From IMG/VR virus record IMGVR_UViG_3300010334_004649: a DNA stretch of 64,000 bases; one strand, written 5' to 3'. This document shows, piece after piece, positions 28,809-38,417 of this stretch; positions within the stretch are counted from its first letter, which is position 1; the number at the start of each line of letters is the position of its first letter. The translations under genes and the position numbers were made by a program. The stretch comes from an uncultured virus (IMG/VR IMGVR_UViG_3300010334_004649). Lineage: Duplodnaviria > Heunggongvirae > Uroviricota > Caudoviricetes. The notes below the pieces were generated by a model. It did no database searches, was not told the DNA's origin, and saw only the letters and a list, made by a program, of their open reading frames with translations.

Positions 28809-29582
28809 ATGAATATAAATGAAAGTTTGTTTTTAATGGAAGATATAATAGATATCTCTCCTATAGGGAAAACAAACATGTATGATATACAAGTTATGGA
28901 TGACGAAACATTTGTATTATCAAACGGACTGCTAAGTCATAATAGCGCAAAAAGCATGGTGGCCGCCGTTCGCCATCCCGAAATCCATGGTGCTCTGCCA
29001 CTGCGTGGCAAAATCCTCAATGTCAGAGGAGAGTTGCCAAAGACCATTATTGAAAACCAAATCATCAGCGATATCATGACTTCACTGGGCGTTGGTCTAG
29101 GCCAACCTGCCAATCGGCGAGACATGCGGTATGGCAGTGTCTATCTAGCAGCAGATCAAGATCCCGACGGAGCCAATATTACTGCACTGTTGGTCAATTT
29201 TTTCTATCTACATTGGCCAGAATTGTTTGACCCAAAACTCCCTCCGGTATTTTATGTGTTCCAGACACCGTTCATCATACAGGAAAAGGGTAAGAAAAGA
29301 ACCTACTGGTATGCCGATGACTATCATCTCTACAATGCAGATGATTGGAAAGGGGCTCCAAAACCAACTCGTGCCAAGGGTTTGGGCAGTCTAGAAGAAA
29401 TTGATTGGATACACAGTCTTTCTAATCCACGATTAATCCCCCTGACAGACGACGGAGCACTGTCAGAAGCCCTTGATTTGATTTTCAATGCAAGTCGCGC
29501 AGATGATCGCAAAGCCTGGGTAGCACTGAGTGGTGAGACTGCTGACACAACAATGTCCGGAAATCAGGCAGGACAAAACTAG
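28809..29582 (+). CDS. Split-intein C half (45 aa) plus topoisomerase TOPRIM C piece (gp60-like)
   Basis: MYDIQVMDDETFVLSNGLLSHN|SAKS (Asn ends 28943); PLRGKILN, DQDPDG, KGLGS. Confidence 0.92.
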   Translation: MNINESLFLMEDIIDISPIGKTNMYDIQVMDDETFVLSNGLLSHNSAKSMVAAVRHPEIHGALPLRGKILNVRGELPKTIIENQIISDIMTSLGVGLGQPANRRDMRYGSVYLAADQDPDGANITALLVNFFYLHWPELFDPKLPPVFYVFQTPFIIQEKGKKRTYWYADDYHLYNADDWKGAPKPTRAKGLGSLEEIDWIHSLSNPRLIPLTDDGALSEALDLIFNASRADDRKAWVALSGETADTTMSGNQAGQN

Positions 29583-29861
29583 ATGATCAACAACGATGTG
29601 ATAAATTTCACTAGAGATTATCAATATGAAATAGGTCGCATGCTGTTTTCACATGATCAAGAAAACCTGGAACATAGTTATGATCTACTGTTTAGTCTAC
29701 ACTGCCAGTCAGCAATAGAATGGTGCAATGTGAATTATCCAGATCAAATTATCTATACCAGGCACTTTGAGCCCGGGAAGAACTTGGACCACAGCGTTTT
29801 GGCATGGTATGCTGTGTTCCCGGATCAATCCTCGCTGCTGCACTTTATACTTAGCCGCTAA
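29583..29861 (+). CDS. Small hypothetical protein between topoisomerase genes
   Basis: 92-aa ORF; EWC...FPDQSSLLHFIL. Confidence 0.6.
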   Translation: MINNDVINFTRDYQYEIGRMLFSHDQENLEHSYDLLFSLHCQSAIEWCNVNYPDQIIYTRHFEPGKNLDHSVLAWYAVFPDQSSLLHFILSR

Positions 29862-29879
29862 CCTAGGATCGACACAGTT

Positions 29880-31238
29880 ATGACCAACATTGGTACCACA
29901 GGATTCATCAAGACTACCAGCAGAGACTATTCAATTTATGTGTGTCAAAGCCGAGGAATACCAAGTGTAAGTGATGGTCTCAAAGACAGCCAGCGCAAAG
30001 CACTGTTTGTCATGAAAACACAAAATGAAAAACTGAAAACCATCTCATTAGCTGGTAGATTGATTTCAGAAAACATCTATCTACACTCTGATGCTTCTGC
30101 CTGTGATACCATTTCAATGATGGCTGCGCCATACTGCAACAATGTACCATTGTTCAGTGGTATTGGCGCATTTGGAACCAGGGTTGGTCCCAGCGACTGG
30201 GGTGCCCCGCGCTATACCTATGTAAAGAAAAATTCACACACAGAGGCTTTGATCTACACCGACTACGACATAATACCCCTCAAGGAAAACTATGACGGAT
30301 CTGTGCTGGAACCAAAACATTTCCTACCATTGATCCCATTGGTGCTGTTGAATGGTGTAAGTGGTATTGCGGTTGGTTGGAGCACAATGATACTGCCGCG
30401 CAAATTCTCTGACATCATTAACGCTACACTGGCAGCTATTGACAAGAAAGACAAATTGCCAGCAATGATGCCAATTTATGAATACCTCGACTGTTTGGTT
30501 CGCGGTCTGGGCGACAACGGGTATGAGTTTACGGGCAAGGTAAAGGTTGATGGCAGCACCGTTACGGTAATGGAACTACCTCCAGATCTTTCATTAGAAA
30601 AGTTTAAATCTAGATTGAACAAGATGGAAGATGATGAGCAGATACAAACCTATATTGATCGCAGTACCAAAGACATACGTATTGATGTGCGATTCAAACG
30701 CGGTACTATAGACGGTTGGACTGAAGAAAAAGCTATTGAATTTCTCAAGTTAAAAAGCAGAACCACCGAACGACTGGTAGTGCTGGACTGGGATGGCAAC
30801 AACATCAAGCAGTATGACAACAGTGAACTGCTGATGAGGGATTTTGTAGAATGGCGTCTGGGTTTTTATGCTGTGAGATATCAAAAACTCATCAAGGATG
30901 CCACATATCAACTGCATTGGAATCAAGCACTCAAGGAGTGCTATGAACATGGTTTACCAGCATTTCTTGCCAAGGCCAAAAACAAAGGCGATATCCTAAA
31001 GAAGATACAAGAACTGACAGTGAACATTCCAATTGATGCAGGGCAGCAGGATCGCATTGCCAGTTTGCCCAGTTATAGATGGGCAAGAGATGCGTATGAT
31101 GAGACTCTGGCACGCATCAATGAATTAACGTCAACTATAGACAATTACAAAAATATTCTCAACGACGAAAATCAAATGCGTGCAATTTACAAGCAGGAAG
31201 TAATGGCTTTGAAAAAATTACCCAGCATTGACAGATAA
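29880..31238 (+). CDS. Type II topoisomerase medium subunit (gp52/GyrA-like)
   Basis: DGLKDSQRK, YLHSD, GAFG, APRYT (catalytic Tyr), NGVSGIAVGW. Confidence 0.92.
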   Translation: MTNIGTTGFIKTTSRDYSIYVCQSRGIPSVSDGLKDSQRKALFVMKTQNEKLKTISLAGRLISENIYLHSDASACDTISMMAAPYCNNVPLFSGIGAFGTRVGPSDWGAPRYTYVKKNSHTEALIYTDYDIIPLKENYDGSVLEPKHFLPLIPLVLLNGVSGIAVGWSTMILPRKFSDIINATLAAIDKKDKLPAMMPIYEYLDCLVRGLGDNGYEFTGKVKVDGSTVTVMELPPDLSLEKFKSRLNKMEDDEQIQTYIDRSTKDIRIDVRFKRGTIDGWTEEKAIEFLKLKSRTTERLVVLDWDGNNIKQYDNSELLMRDFVEWRLGFYAVRYQKLIKDATYQLHWNQALKECYEHGLPAFLAKAKNKGDILKKIQELTVNIPIDAGQQDRIASLPSYRWARDAYDETLARINELTSTIDNYKNILNDENQMRAIYKQEVMALKKLPSIDR

Positions 31239-31246
31239 ATAACAAA

Positions 31247-31702
31247 ATGAAACTGCAAGATCTACACAACAGGCACCGAGCTGGCGCAGGCATTTTGATA
31301 TACTGCTTGAAGACTGACAAGTTCTTGATGATCCAACGCAGTGAATACGTGAATGAACCTCTGAAATGGGGCCTACCGGGGGGCAATGTAGATGGCAACG
31401 AAACCCCTGAATCGGCAGCACGCAGGGAAACTTTGGAAGAAATTGGTATGACCATTGGCGATGCACCGATGGTGCTGATTTATACCAACACTGTGCATGC
31501 TCCTCGTTTTACCTTTTATACTTTTGCCTGCACAGTGGCAAATGAATTTGAACCAAAACTCAATTATGAATCGTCTGACTACTGCTGGTGTAATCTAGAC
31601 AGTCTACCAGAGACACTGCATTGGGGAATGAAGCAGATGCTGAATCATGACAATGCTGCCAAACTGCTGCAGGCCTTTGTTCAAGAGCAGAAAAAACACT
31701 AA
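31247..31702 (+). CDS. Nudix hydrolase
   Basis: Nudix box GGNVDGNETPESAARRETLEEIG. Confidence 0.92.
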   Translation: MKLQDLHNRHRAGAGILIYCLKTDKFLMIQRSEYVNEPLKWGLPGGNVDGNETPESAARRETLEEIGMTIGDAPMVLIYTNTVHAPRFTFYTFACTVANEFEPKLNYESSDYCWCNLDSLPETLHWGMKQMLNHDNAAKLLQAFVQEQKKH

Positions 31703-31803
31703 TCCCAATTGTGAACGCTACCATGGTAGCGATATGCAACCCGTCTAAAACCATTGACATAACAGTAGATGGTGTTAGTGTATGCGGACCTAGAGGATAT
31801 TTT

Positions 31804-32790
31804 ATGGACCTGTTGTGCAAGGACAAAGTGTTAAAATTATTTGCCAACAGCAGGCAGTGCCTGCTGGGCATCAGCGGTGGCATAGACAGCATGTGTATGT
31901 TGACATGGTTTGCCAAAAATCGTTCAGAATTTCCGTTTGAAGTCAAAGCCATACATGTGAATCATGGGATCAATGCGCTCAGTGACACATGGGCACACTT
32001 TGTTGAGGATCGCTGTAGGGATTTGTCGATTGATCTTATCACAGTAAAAGTCAGCCTCGATGGTCTTGGTAATAATCTTGAATACGCCGCACGCAAGGCT
32101 AGATACCAAGCCTTTTGCGAATCAGGTACCGACAGCATTGTTCTAGCACATCATGCTAATGATCAATGCGAAAGTTTTTTCTTGAAACTTTTCCGAGGCA
32201 GCGGCATACGCGGTTTGAAAAGCATGTTACCTGCTGTGCCCTGCTGGTATGACGAATCTGTGACGGTGCTTAGACCAATGTTGGAAGTCACTCGGCCGCA
32301 GATCGAACTATGGGCCGAAGAACACAATATCACTGCTGTGCAAGACCCCAGCAATCGAGACAACAGTTACGACAGAAACTACATAAGAAACAAGATCTGG
32401 CCGGTCATTACTGATCGTTTTGGTGTAGCAGATGTCAACGTCCTGCGCAGTGTAGCTCATATCGAAGAGGCTTGGCAATTAACTAGAATTTTAGCTGATC
32501 AGGATCTGTCACGTGTCACTGCCAAACCAAATGTGCTGGATTGGTATCGAGTGAGAGACCTAGGCTATCTCCGCATTAAAAACATGGTGTTGAGGATTTT
32601 AGAACTAGAGGGAGTATATACGTTTAGTGCAGGGCAGGTTGAACAGTTTGCCAATGGTCTGGTCACTGCAAATCTAGACAATCGCAACCAACTACTGACC
32701 AAAAATCTACGTATTCGCAAGATAGGCAAGAGAATCTTTGTCGAACGTTTGACGCCGACGGCTGCAGACAATAAACTAGTGCATGCATGA
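31804..32790 (+). CDS. tilS: tRNA(Ile)-lysidine synthetase
   Basis: SGGIDS, HVNHG, ARKARY, AHHANDQCE, LRPML, DPSN...RNYIR; start approximate. Confidence 0.88.
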   Translation: MDLLCKDKVLKLFANSRQCLLGISGGIDSMCMLTWFAKNRSEFPFEVKAIHVNHGINALSDTWAHFVEDRCRDLSIDLITVKVSLDGLGNNLEYAARKARYQAFCESGTDSIVLAHHANDQCESFFLKLFRGSGIRGLKSMLPAVPCWYDESVTVLRPMLEVTRPQIELWAEEHNITAVQDPSNRDNSYDRNYIRNKIWPVITDRFGVADVNVLRSVAHIEEAWQLTRILADQDLSRVTAKPNVLDWYRVRDLGYLRIKNMVLRILELEGVYTFSAGQVEQFANGLVTANLDNRNQLLTKNLRIRKIGKRIFVERLTPTAADNKLVHA

Positions 32791-33502
32791 CAAATCCGCA
32801 ATAATTGTAATACCGACTACAGGAGCCAAAACCCTAGCCGATGCTGTGGCCAGTGCAACCACTCAAACACATACCAATACCACCTGTTTGGTCATCATCG
32901 ATGGGCCAGAATTTGAATCAGCAGCACTGAGCATACTACGGCAGTTTCCTTCTGTAAAACACATGACCCTGCCATGGAACACAGGCAGAAATGGCTGGTA
33001 TGGACACAGAATATATTTTCTCTCAGCGCCGTTGATAGAACAAGATTATTGGCTGGCGTTGGATCAAGACAATTGGTTTGAGCCCGATCATGTAACTAAA
33101 ATGATCTCTGCCTGCGAAGCCAACAATTGGCGTTGGTGTCACAGCCTTCGCAAAATACACGATGCTCAGGGTAGGTGGATCTGCGATGATGATTGCGAAA
33201 GCCTTGGGCGTTGGCCGATCTATCTCAGCGACCAGCATCATTTAGTTGATACGTCTACCTATTGTATACGCAAAGATGTTATGATAGGCATGGCCCCTGC
33301 CTGGTATAGCGGTTGGGGTGGAGATCGACGCTTTTATTCTGCTATAGCTCAGCATGTACAGGATTTTGGTTGCACAGGCTATACCACAGCATGCTACAGA
33401 TTGGATGGCAATCCACAATCCGTGACCGCAGATTTTTTCATCAAGGGCAACAGTATCATGAATCAGCGTTATCCCAATGGACTACCTTGGCGAGCAAAAT
33501 GA
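32783..33502 (+). CDS. Glycosyltransferase family 2
   Basis: VIPTTG...VIIDG...LDQDNW...WGGDR. Confidence 0.8.
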   Translation: MHDKSAIIVIPTTGAKTLADAVASATTQTHTNTTCLVIIDGPEFESAALSILRQFPSVKHMTLPWNTGRNGWYGHRIYFLSAPLIEQDYWLALDQDNWFEPDHVTKMISACEANNWRWCHSLRKIHDAQGRWICDDDCESLGRWPIYLSDQHHLVDTSTYCIRKDVMIGMAPAWYSGWGGDRRFYSAIAQHVQDFGCTGYTTACYRLDGNPQSVTADFFIKGNSIMNQRYPNGLPWRAK

Positions 33503-33544
33503 TTATCTGTAACTGAGCCCATTAATTTTAAGGAAACCACCCGC

Positions 33545-34192
33545 ATGAAGATAATATTTTGCCTACCTGGCAAGACATTTTCCAACAATTATTTCAACTC
33601 ATGGAATGCCACGGTATCAGTGCTGAGACAAAACAACATAGAATTTGGCTATTCAATGATCTATGATCCTGTAGTTTACTACACTCGCAATCGTATACTT
33701 GGTGGGAACAACAACAGCGGTAGGCATCAAAAACCATGGGGAGGTCAGATAACCTATGACAAAATGATTTGGATAGACAGTGATATGGTCTGGTCTCCTG
33801 ATGACGTTATGAAGTTGATTCAGTATGACCTTCCCATAGTTGCTGGAACATATCTCATGTCAAGTGGAGATGCGTTCCCTGTAGTAGAGAACCTAGACTA
33901 CACACACCTTGTCAATTCCGGCACATTTCAATTTATGAGCAAGCATGCTATGGCCAGCAGGACCATGCCATTTGTTGTGAGTTATACCGGATTTGGATTC
34001 ATTGCTATCAAGGCTGGCATTCTTGAAACCATGGAGTATCCTTGGTTCCAACCGCGATGGTTTAGCCAGGGTAACTTTCATGATTTCTGTGCAGAAGATG
34101 TGGGATTTTGCTGGGCAGCGCAAGAACTTGGACACAAGATCTGGGTTGATCCTACCATACGTCTTGGTCACGAAAAACTGCTGATCATTTAG
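33545..34192 (+). CDS. GT-A fold glycosyltransferase-like protein
   Basis: WIDSD, GFGF, PWF, AEDVGFC, LGHEK. Confidence 0.7.
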   Translation: MKIIFCLPGKTFSNNYFNSWNATVSVLRQNNIEFGYSMIYDPVVYYTRNRILGGNNNSGRHQKPWGGQITYDKMIWIDSDMVWSPDDVMKLIQYDLPIVAGTYLMSSGDAFPVVENLDYTHLVNSGTFQFMSKHAMASRTMPFVVSYTGFGFIAIKAGILETMEYPWFQPRWFSQGNFHDFCAEDVGFCWAAQELGHKIWVDPTIRLGHEKLLII

Positions 34193-34230
34193 ACCCCACG
34201 ACTCCTACTCTATCAGTGATAAATACACGC

Positions 34231-34668
34231 ATGGACATGCGATCTATTATCACACTCATGGAAAAAGCCTACAAAAAAGGCGACAAGATAGGACGCTGGG
34301 CATTCATATATCTAGAACCAGAAGACAATTCAGGCGAAAATTATTCGCAATTTGCTCAGTGTGGTACTTGTGTTTTGTTCATGCCTGGAAAAAAACGCTG
34401 TGGGCTGTATGGACCAGACGACAAAGTTGTTGCCAATGCCAGTTGCGGTCTTTATATAAATGGTATGCCGCACGATGACCAACCGTTCTTGGCAGCAGCA
34501 ACTCCAGAAAATTCAGGCTATGTTTTAGGGCAGGTACGCTGCGAAAACTGCAGTTGGTACAAGAAAGGTGCTTGTGAACTTTTTGAAAAACTTGATCAGC
34601 AACTGCCAGATACCTTTGAACTGGGATCGGCTGTAGATGCCAAGGGTTGCTGCAACGCCTGGAGTTGA
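34231..34668 (+). CDS. Cys-rich protein with two HiPIP-like modules
   Basis: QCGTCVLF...C...ASCGLY and RCENCSWY...C...GCCNAW. Confidence 0.55.
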   Translation: MDMRSIITLMEKAYKKGDKIGRWAFIYLEPEDNSGENYSQFAQCGTCVLFMPGKKRCGLYGPDDKVVANASCGLYINGMPHDDQPFLAAATPENSGYVLGQVRCENCSWYKKGACELFEKLDQQLPDTFELGSAVDAKGCCNAWS

Positions 34669-34703
34669 AGCAGCAGTGGTCATCCCCCCTGCTGCTGTTT
34701 CAC

Positions 34704-34898
34704 TCATTTCTTCACATGGGCCATTGAAACAAACAAGTTGACCAGTTCCTTGGCAGGAGACAGGTCAATCAGTTTCTTGTTAAGTGATACCCATTCAGTA
34801 GCCAGCGAGGTTTGTAGGTCGATGCTCTTGCGAGCAGCAGCCGTAGCATAATTAAATACTGCTTCGTTAGCATCTTTGAACGCAGTGTTGTTGATCAT
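34704..34898 (-). CDS. Small helical protein, possibly phasin-like
   Basis: 64 aa amphipathic; AGGAG RBS. Confidence 0.45.
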   Translation of the reverse strand: MINNTAFKDANEAVFNYATAAARKSIDLQTSLATEWVSLNKKLIDLSPAKELVNLFVSMAHVKK

Positions 34899-35062
34899 TT
34901 GAATTCTCCTAGTTTGGGGTAATGATTGTGATTATGGATCATGCGCAGTCGCAGTTCCAACTCACGTATATCTGCACTAGAAGCCAGCCAACGTTCCTGT
35001 TCTGTCATAGTAAAATTTTGCCACCATGTGTGCAGGCGTTGCTTAAGATGTTTGAATAACAT
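34895..35062 (-). CDS. DUF3563-like small protein
   Basis: ERWLASSADIRELELRLR; AAGGAG RBS before ATG 35062. Confidence 0.6.
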   Translation of the reverse strand: MLFKHLKQRLHTWWQNFTMTEQERWLASSADIRELELRLRMIHNHNHYPKLGEFK

Positions 35063-35146
35063 AACTGATCTCCTTGTGCAGTTCACATATTTAGCAAGTT
35101 TTATGCTGCACTGCAACATGTCACAGAGTATGGCTGCCTTGCGTCA

Positions 35147-35584
35147 TTAACGTCTACGCAAAGCATAGATATGAACAGTGTATGCACCGGCGGTTCCTGT
35201 AGTGTCTAATATAGGCTCGACCTTGCGCACAAATGAATAATTTGCAATCCATTCTGGCAGTTCATCGGCAATCTTACCGCTTTTACCGCATATAATCACC
35301 ACGCTCCTAGAGCCGTTGATGTTGTGTTCCTCGAGGAATTGTCCGGTGGCATTGAATGCCTGTTGTATTGTCAGGCCATGCAGATCAAGACTTGATCTCA
35401 GTGTTTGGTCATGTCCTTTTTTTGGACGAAAACTTTCCTGCGGCTTTTTTTGGAGGTTTTCAATATAAGCATTCCACACTCGCTGATCCTCTGGTTTTAC
35501 TTGGTCCTGCGAGTTCCAGTGTGTAACTGATCTGCCTGACAGAGAACGAGATTTGAGTTGTTTTGCCGCTGACATGGTTTTCAT
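35147..35584 (-). CDS. Smr-domain endonuclease
   Basis: LDLHGLTIQQA...VIICGKSG...LPEWI...GAYTV; start uncertain. Confidence 0.85.
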   Translation of the reverse strand: MKTMSAAKQLKSRSLSGRSVTHWNSQDQVKPEDQRVWNAYIENLQKKPQESFRPKKGHDQTLRSSLDLHGLTIQQAFNATGQFLEEHNINGSRSVVIICGKSGKIADELPEWIANYSFVRKVEPILDTTGTAGAYTVHIYALRRR

Positions 35585-35741
35585 CCTTGATTATGCTTAC
35601 ATGAAGCCCTATCCCAGCGGCATCAGCCAGCAACGCATTGAGGAGGTCCACTGTTTGGACCAATTGACTGGTCAATGATGTGCAGTGTCGCAGGGTAACC
35701 AAAAGGTCTTCTGGTTTAGAGGAGTTTGTCGTAGTTTCCAT
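35460..35741 (-). CDS. Hypothetical protein
   Basis: 93-aa ORF overlapping the Smr 5' end. Confidence 0.4.
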   Translation of the reverse strand: METTTNSSKPEDLLVTLRHCTSLTSQLVQTVDLLNALLADAAGIGLHVSIIKDENHVSGKTTQISFSVRQISYTLELAGPSKTRGSASVECLY

Positions 35742-36036
35742 ATGGTTATTATGTGGATCTATCTTGAAAACGTCTAGAAAAGCTCAGTTGTTGTGACCAT
35801 GATCAAAACTGTGCTATATAACATTGAGAGAACAAAGGCCAACCTAGGAACACTGCCCGGTTAGAATAACCAATGGTTTAACTACCATAGGTAAAACCTA
35901 AATATCATGCTGGGCCGATCTTAAGATCACAGCGTTATGATAGATATTGTTTTTGTCTATCAATGGTTTAGAACCACAACATTGACTTCAATGTGTCTGA
36001 ATCATATAAACAACAAATAAGGAGAGTGAAAACGTA

Positions 36037-36765
36037 ATGCGTATAAGCCACCTATTTCTGTACCTGAACCTATGTCTGGGAGCAACTTACATGTATTGTG
36101 CCCCAGCCATCGCAGTGATTACAGTATATCCAACTTCTAGGCATGACGAGGAGCCTCCAGATCTGGACTCAAAACCAATAATCATGGATATACCGTCTCA
36201 AAACACTACACCGGTGGCAATCGCAGTGCCCCCAACTGTATCCACCGACATCAAGGTCAAGACTGTTCAGCCAAAAACTATTCACAAAGCCACAGCCGAT
36301 TTTAAATCAGTAACGAACCTTAGACAACATCTTCCTCTTAACATACCCGAGGCCAATGACCTCAACGATCATGACAGACGAGAAATTGAGTGTATTGCAT
36401 GGAATCTCTATTTTGAAGTAAGAGGTGGTAAAATGGATGAACAGATTGCCATAGCCTTTGTGCCTATCAATCGTATAGGCCTTCCAGATTTCGGTGATGA
36501 TATCTGTACAAATGTTTTTCAATATACCATTCGCAATGGGGTTGTAAAACATCAGTTCAGTTGGGTAGGCAGAATTCTTGGTCCAAAATGGAAGCGTGAA
36601 GATGATTCTTGGGAAAAAATGCAGAAGATAGCCCTGAGTGTTTACCAACGTAGAATCCGTGATGTTGGACAAGGGGCTACCTATTTTCAAAGTGTACGAT
36701 TGTCATCTAGTTGGGCCCATCATGCTAGAAAATTCAGATTGGGCAGTACTCTTTTCTGGAGTTAA
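36037..36765 (+). CDS. SleB-like cell wall hydrolase with N-terminal hydrophobic segment
   Basis: CIAWNLYFEVRG, INR, IC..VFQ, QFSW, GATYF. Confidence 0.85.
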   Translation: MRISHLFLYLNLCLGATYMYCAPAIAVITVYPTSRHDEEPPDLDSKPIIMDIPSQNTTPVAIAVPPTVSTDIKVKTVQPKTIHKATADFKSVTNLRQHLPLNIPEANDLNDHDRREIECIAWNLYFEVRGGKMDEQIAIAFVPINRIGLPDFGDDICTNVFQYTIRNGVVKHQFSWVGRILGPKWKREDDSWEKMQKIALSVYQRRIRDVGQGATYFQSVRLSSSWAHHARKFRLGSTLFWS

Positions 36766-36828
36766 CCACAACACCAGGTTTGCAGTATTTTGATAAATAC
36801 TCCACATACTGCATGCAAGGAATCATAA

Positions 36829-37974
36829 ATGGCTACGTATTCATACAACACTACCTATTTTGAGATCACATACAACAACAACACGCCAACCAATTATTCG
36901 GCGTTGACCGGTTGCCAAGCAGGAGGTCTTGATAGTGAAACGGCTTGGCAGATACAAAACTGCATCAGAGCCACTGGTAGCACAATAGTAAGCGGTACAC
37001 CTTTGGCCAACGGGTCAACTATAATTGTCAATGGGTATACTGTGACATTCAGTTCTACAGATACGCTGGCAGATGTCATTGTCAAACTCAATCTCATGAC
37101 AAAATTTACAGGAATAGCAGCTGATCAAAGTGTTGCTGGTGGATATCTCACAGTCTTCAATGCTCCCGGATATGAAGGGACACCATTCTATCTCATGGAA
37201 GGCAACGGTACCGCGCTTGCCACTTTGGGGTTCACCAGCCCTAGCCAATTCATCTATGCACCCAGCGTGATTGCATCTAGCACCTACAGCAACGTGAGCA
37301 GCAATTCTAATGTCAACATCAACAACACTACTATAACATTCACGGCAGGCAACCTTGCCGCGGCTGCTGCACGTATCAATTCATATACAACCTGCACGGG
37401 CGTGGCGGCGTCTGCTGCTGGACCGTACCTGCAGTTGTCATCGGCCGGTTGGACTCAACCGATAGTCATTAACGGCGGCAACGCATTAACAGCACTTGGC
37501 TTTTCAGCAGGTGTTTATCCTGGTCCAATCAGCAACATTACACTCAGCGAAGACAAGGAACGAGCCAATATGCGTTGGTTTCAAGCTGTGAGCCAATTGG
37601 AAAGCACAGCAACACCAAACTATTTTGGCAGCATTACACGCACCGGCAACATCGGCAATGCAGCGCTCAACACCATTACCTGGACAGTAGGCTACGGTTG
37701 TTATTCTGCACTACAGACCACTGCCACTGCATGCGAACCAGATTATGGTACCACCTACACAGGTACGGCTGCCATACAACGCTGGGTTGCACGAGCCATG
37801 GTCAACACATGGACCAGCAATCGCAAAGTGTTTGCCCCTTGTTCCTGTAAGGTACTGGGTTTTGCCTACTATCGTAATCCTGCAAGAATTTTGCCTATTA
37901 CAGCGCAGGGTGTTGACACCAATGTAATAGTAGTTTCTAATAATATTGTCGTTACGCAGATTCCAGGCGTTTAA
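36829..37974 (+). CDS. Putative virion structural protein
   Basis: TAAATA 36794; two repeats of an IxVNGxTVTF...LxxLGF type module. Confidence 0.65.
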   Translation: MATYSYNTTYFEITYNNNTPTNYSALTGCQAGGLDSETAWQIQNCIRATGSTIVSGTPLANGSTIIVNGYTVTFSSTDTLADVIVKLNLMTKFTGIAADQSVAGGYLTVFNAPGYEGTPFYLMEGNGTALATLGFTSPSQFIYAPSVIASSTYSNVSSNSNVNINNTTITFTAGNLAAAAARINSYTTCTGVAASAAGPYLQLSSAGWTQPIVINGGNALTALGFSAGVYPGPISNITLSEDKERANMRWFQAVSQLESTATPNYFGSITRTGNIGNAALNTITWTVGYGCYSALQTTATACEPDYGTTYTGTAAIQRWVARAMVNTWTSNRKVFAPCSCKVLGFAYYRNPARILPITAQGVDTNVIVVSNNIVVTQIPGV

Positions 37975-37991
37975 CCTAGGATACTAAAACT

Positions 37992-38405
37992 TTGAAACCC
38001 AGTGCACACCTACACCTTCTTATTACGGCTGAGATACAGAACCCGCCGGGCCCAGAAGATTGCGAAAAAATCAATGAGTTCATGCGAGGCATGGTTAAAC
38101 ATGTCCGTATGAACATCATGCTTGAACCAAACACAGCATATTGCAGTGATCTCGGTAATGAAGGTATAACCAGCGTAGTAATACTAACAACCAGTCATTG
38201 TTCCATGCACATATGGAACCTGCCAGCCCCAGCACCAAGCATCATGCAATTTGATCTATATAGTTGCGCTGCATTTAGTGTCGATGAGGTATTGGCATAC
38301 ATTGCTGCACATTTCAAACTTGTCAGTGTAAAATACAAATTTTTAGATAGAGAAAACGGTTTTATCGAGTTAGATCACGGCACCACCTTGTTTAACAAAC
38401 ACTGA
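37992..38405 (+). CDS. speD: S-adenosylmethionine decarboxylase proenzyme
   Basis: GITSVVILTT|SHCSMHIW self-cleavage motif; FDLYSC. Confidence 0.85.
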   Translation: MKPSAHLHLLITAEIQNPPGPEDCEKINEFMRGMVKHVRMNIMLEPNTAYCSDLGNEGITSVVILTTSHCSMHIWNLPAPAPSIMQFDLYSCAAFSVDEVLAYIAAHFKLVSVKYKFLDRENGFIELDHGTTLFNKH

Positions 38406-38417
38406 GGAAAACCATCG

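Noticed and set aside
28721..28811. T4 gene 60-style ribosomal bypass or sequencing frameshift
   Set aside because: Intein N and C halves with a separate ATG explain the break more simply; not formally excluded without reads
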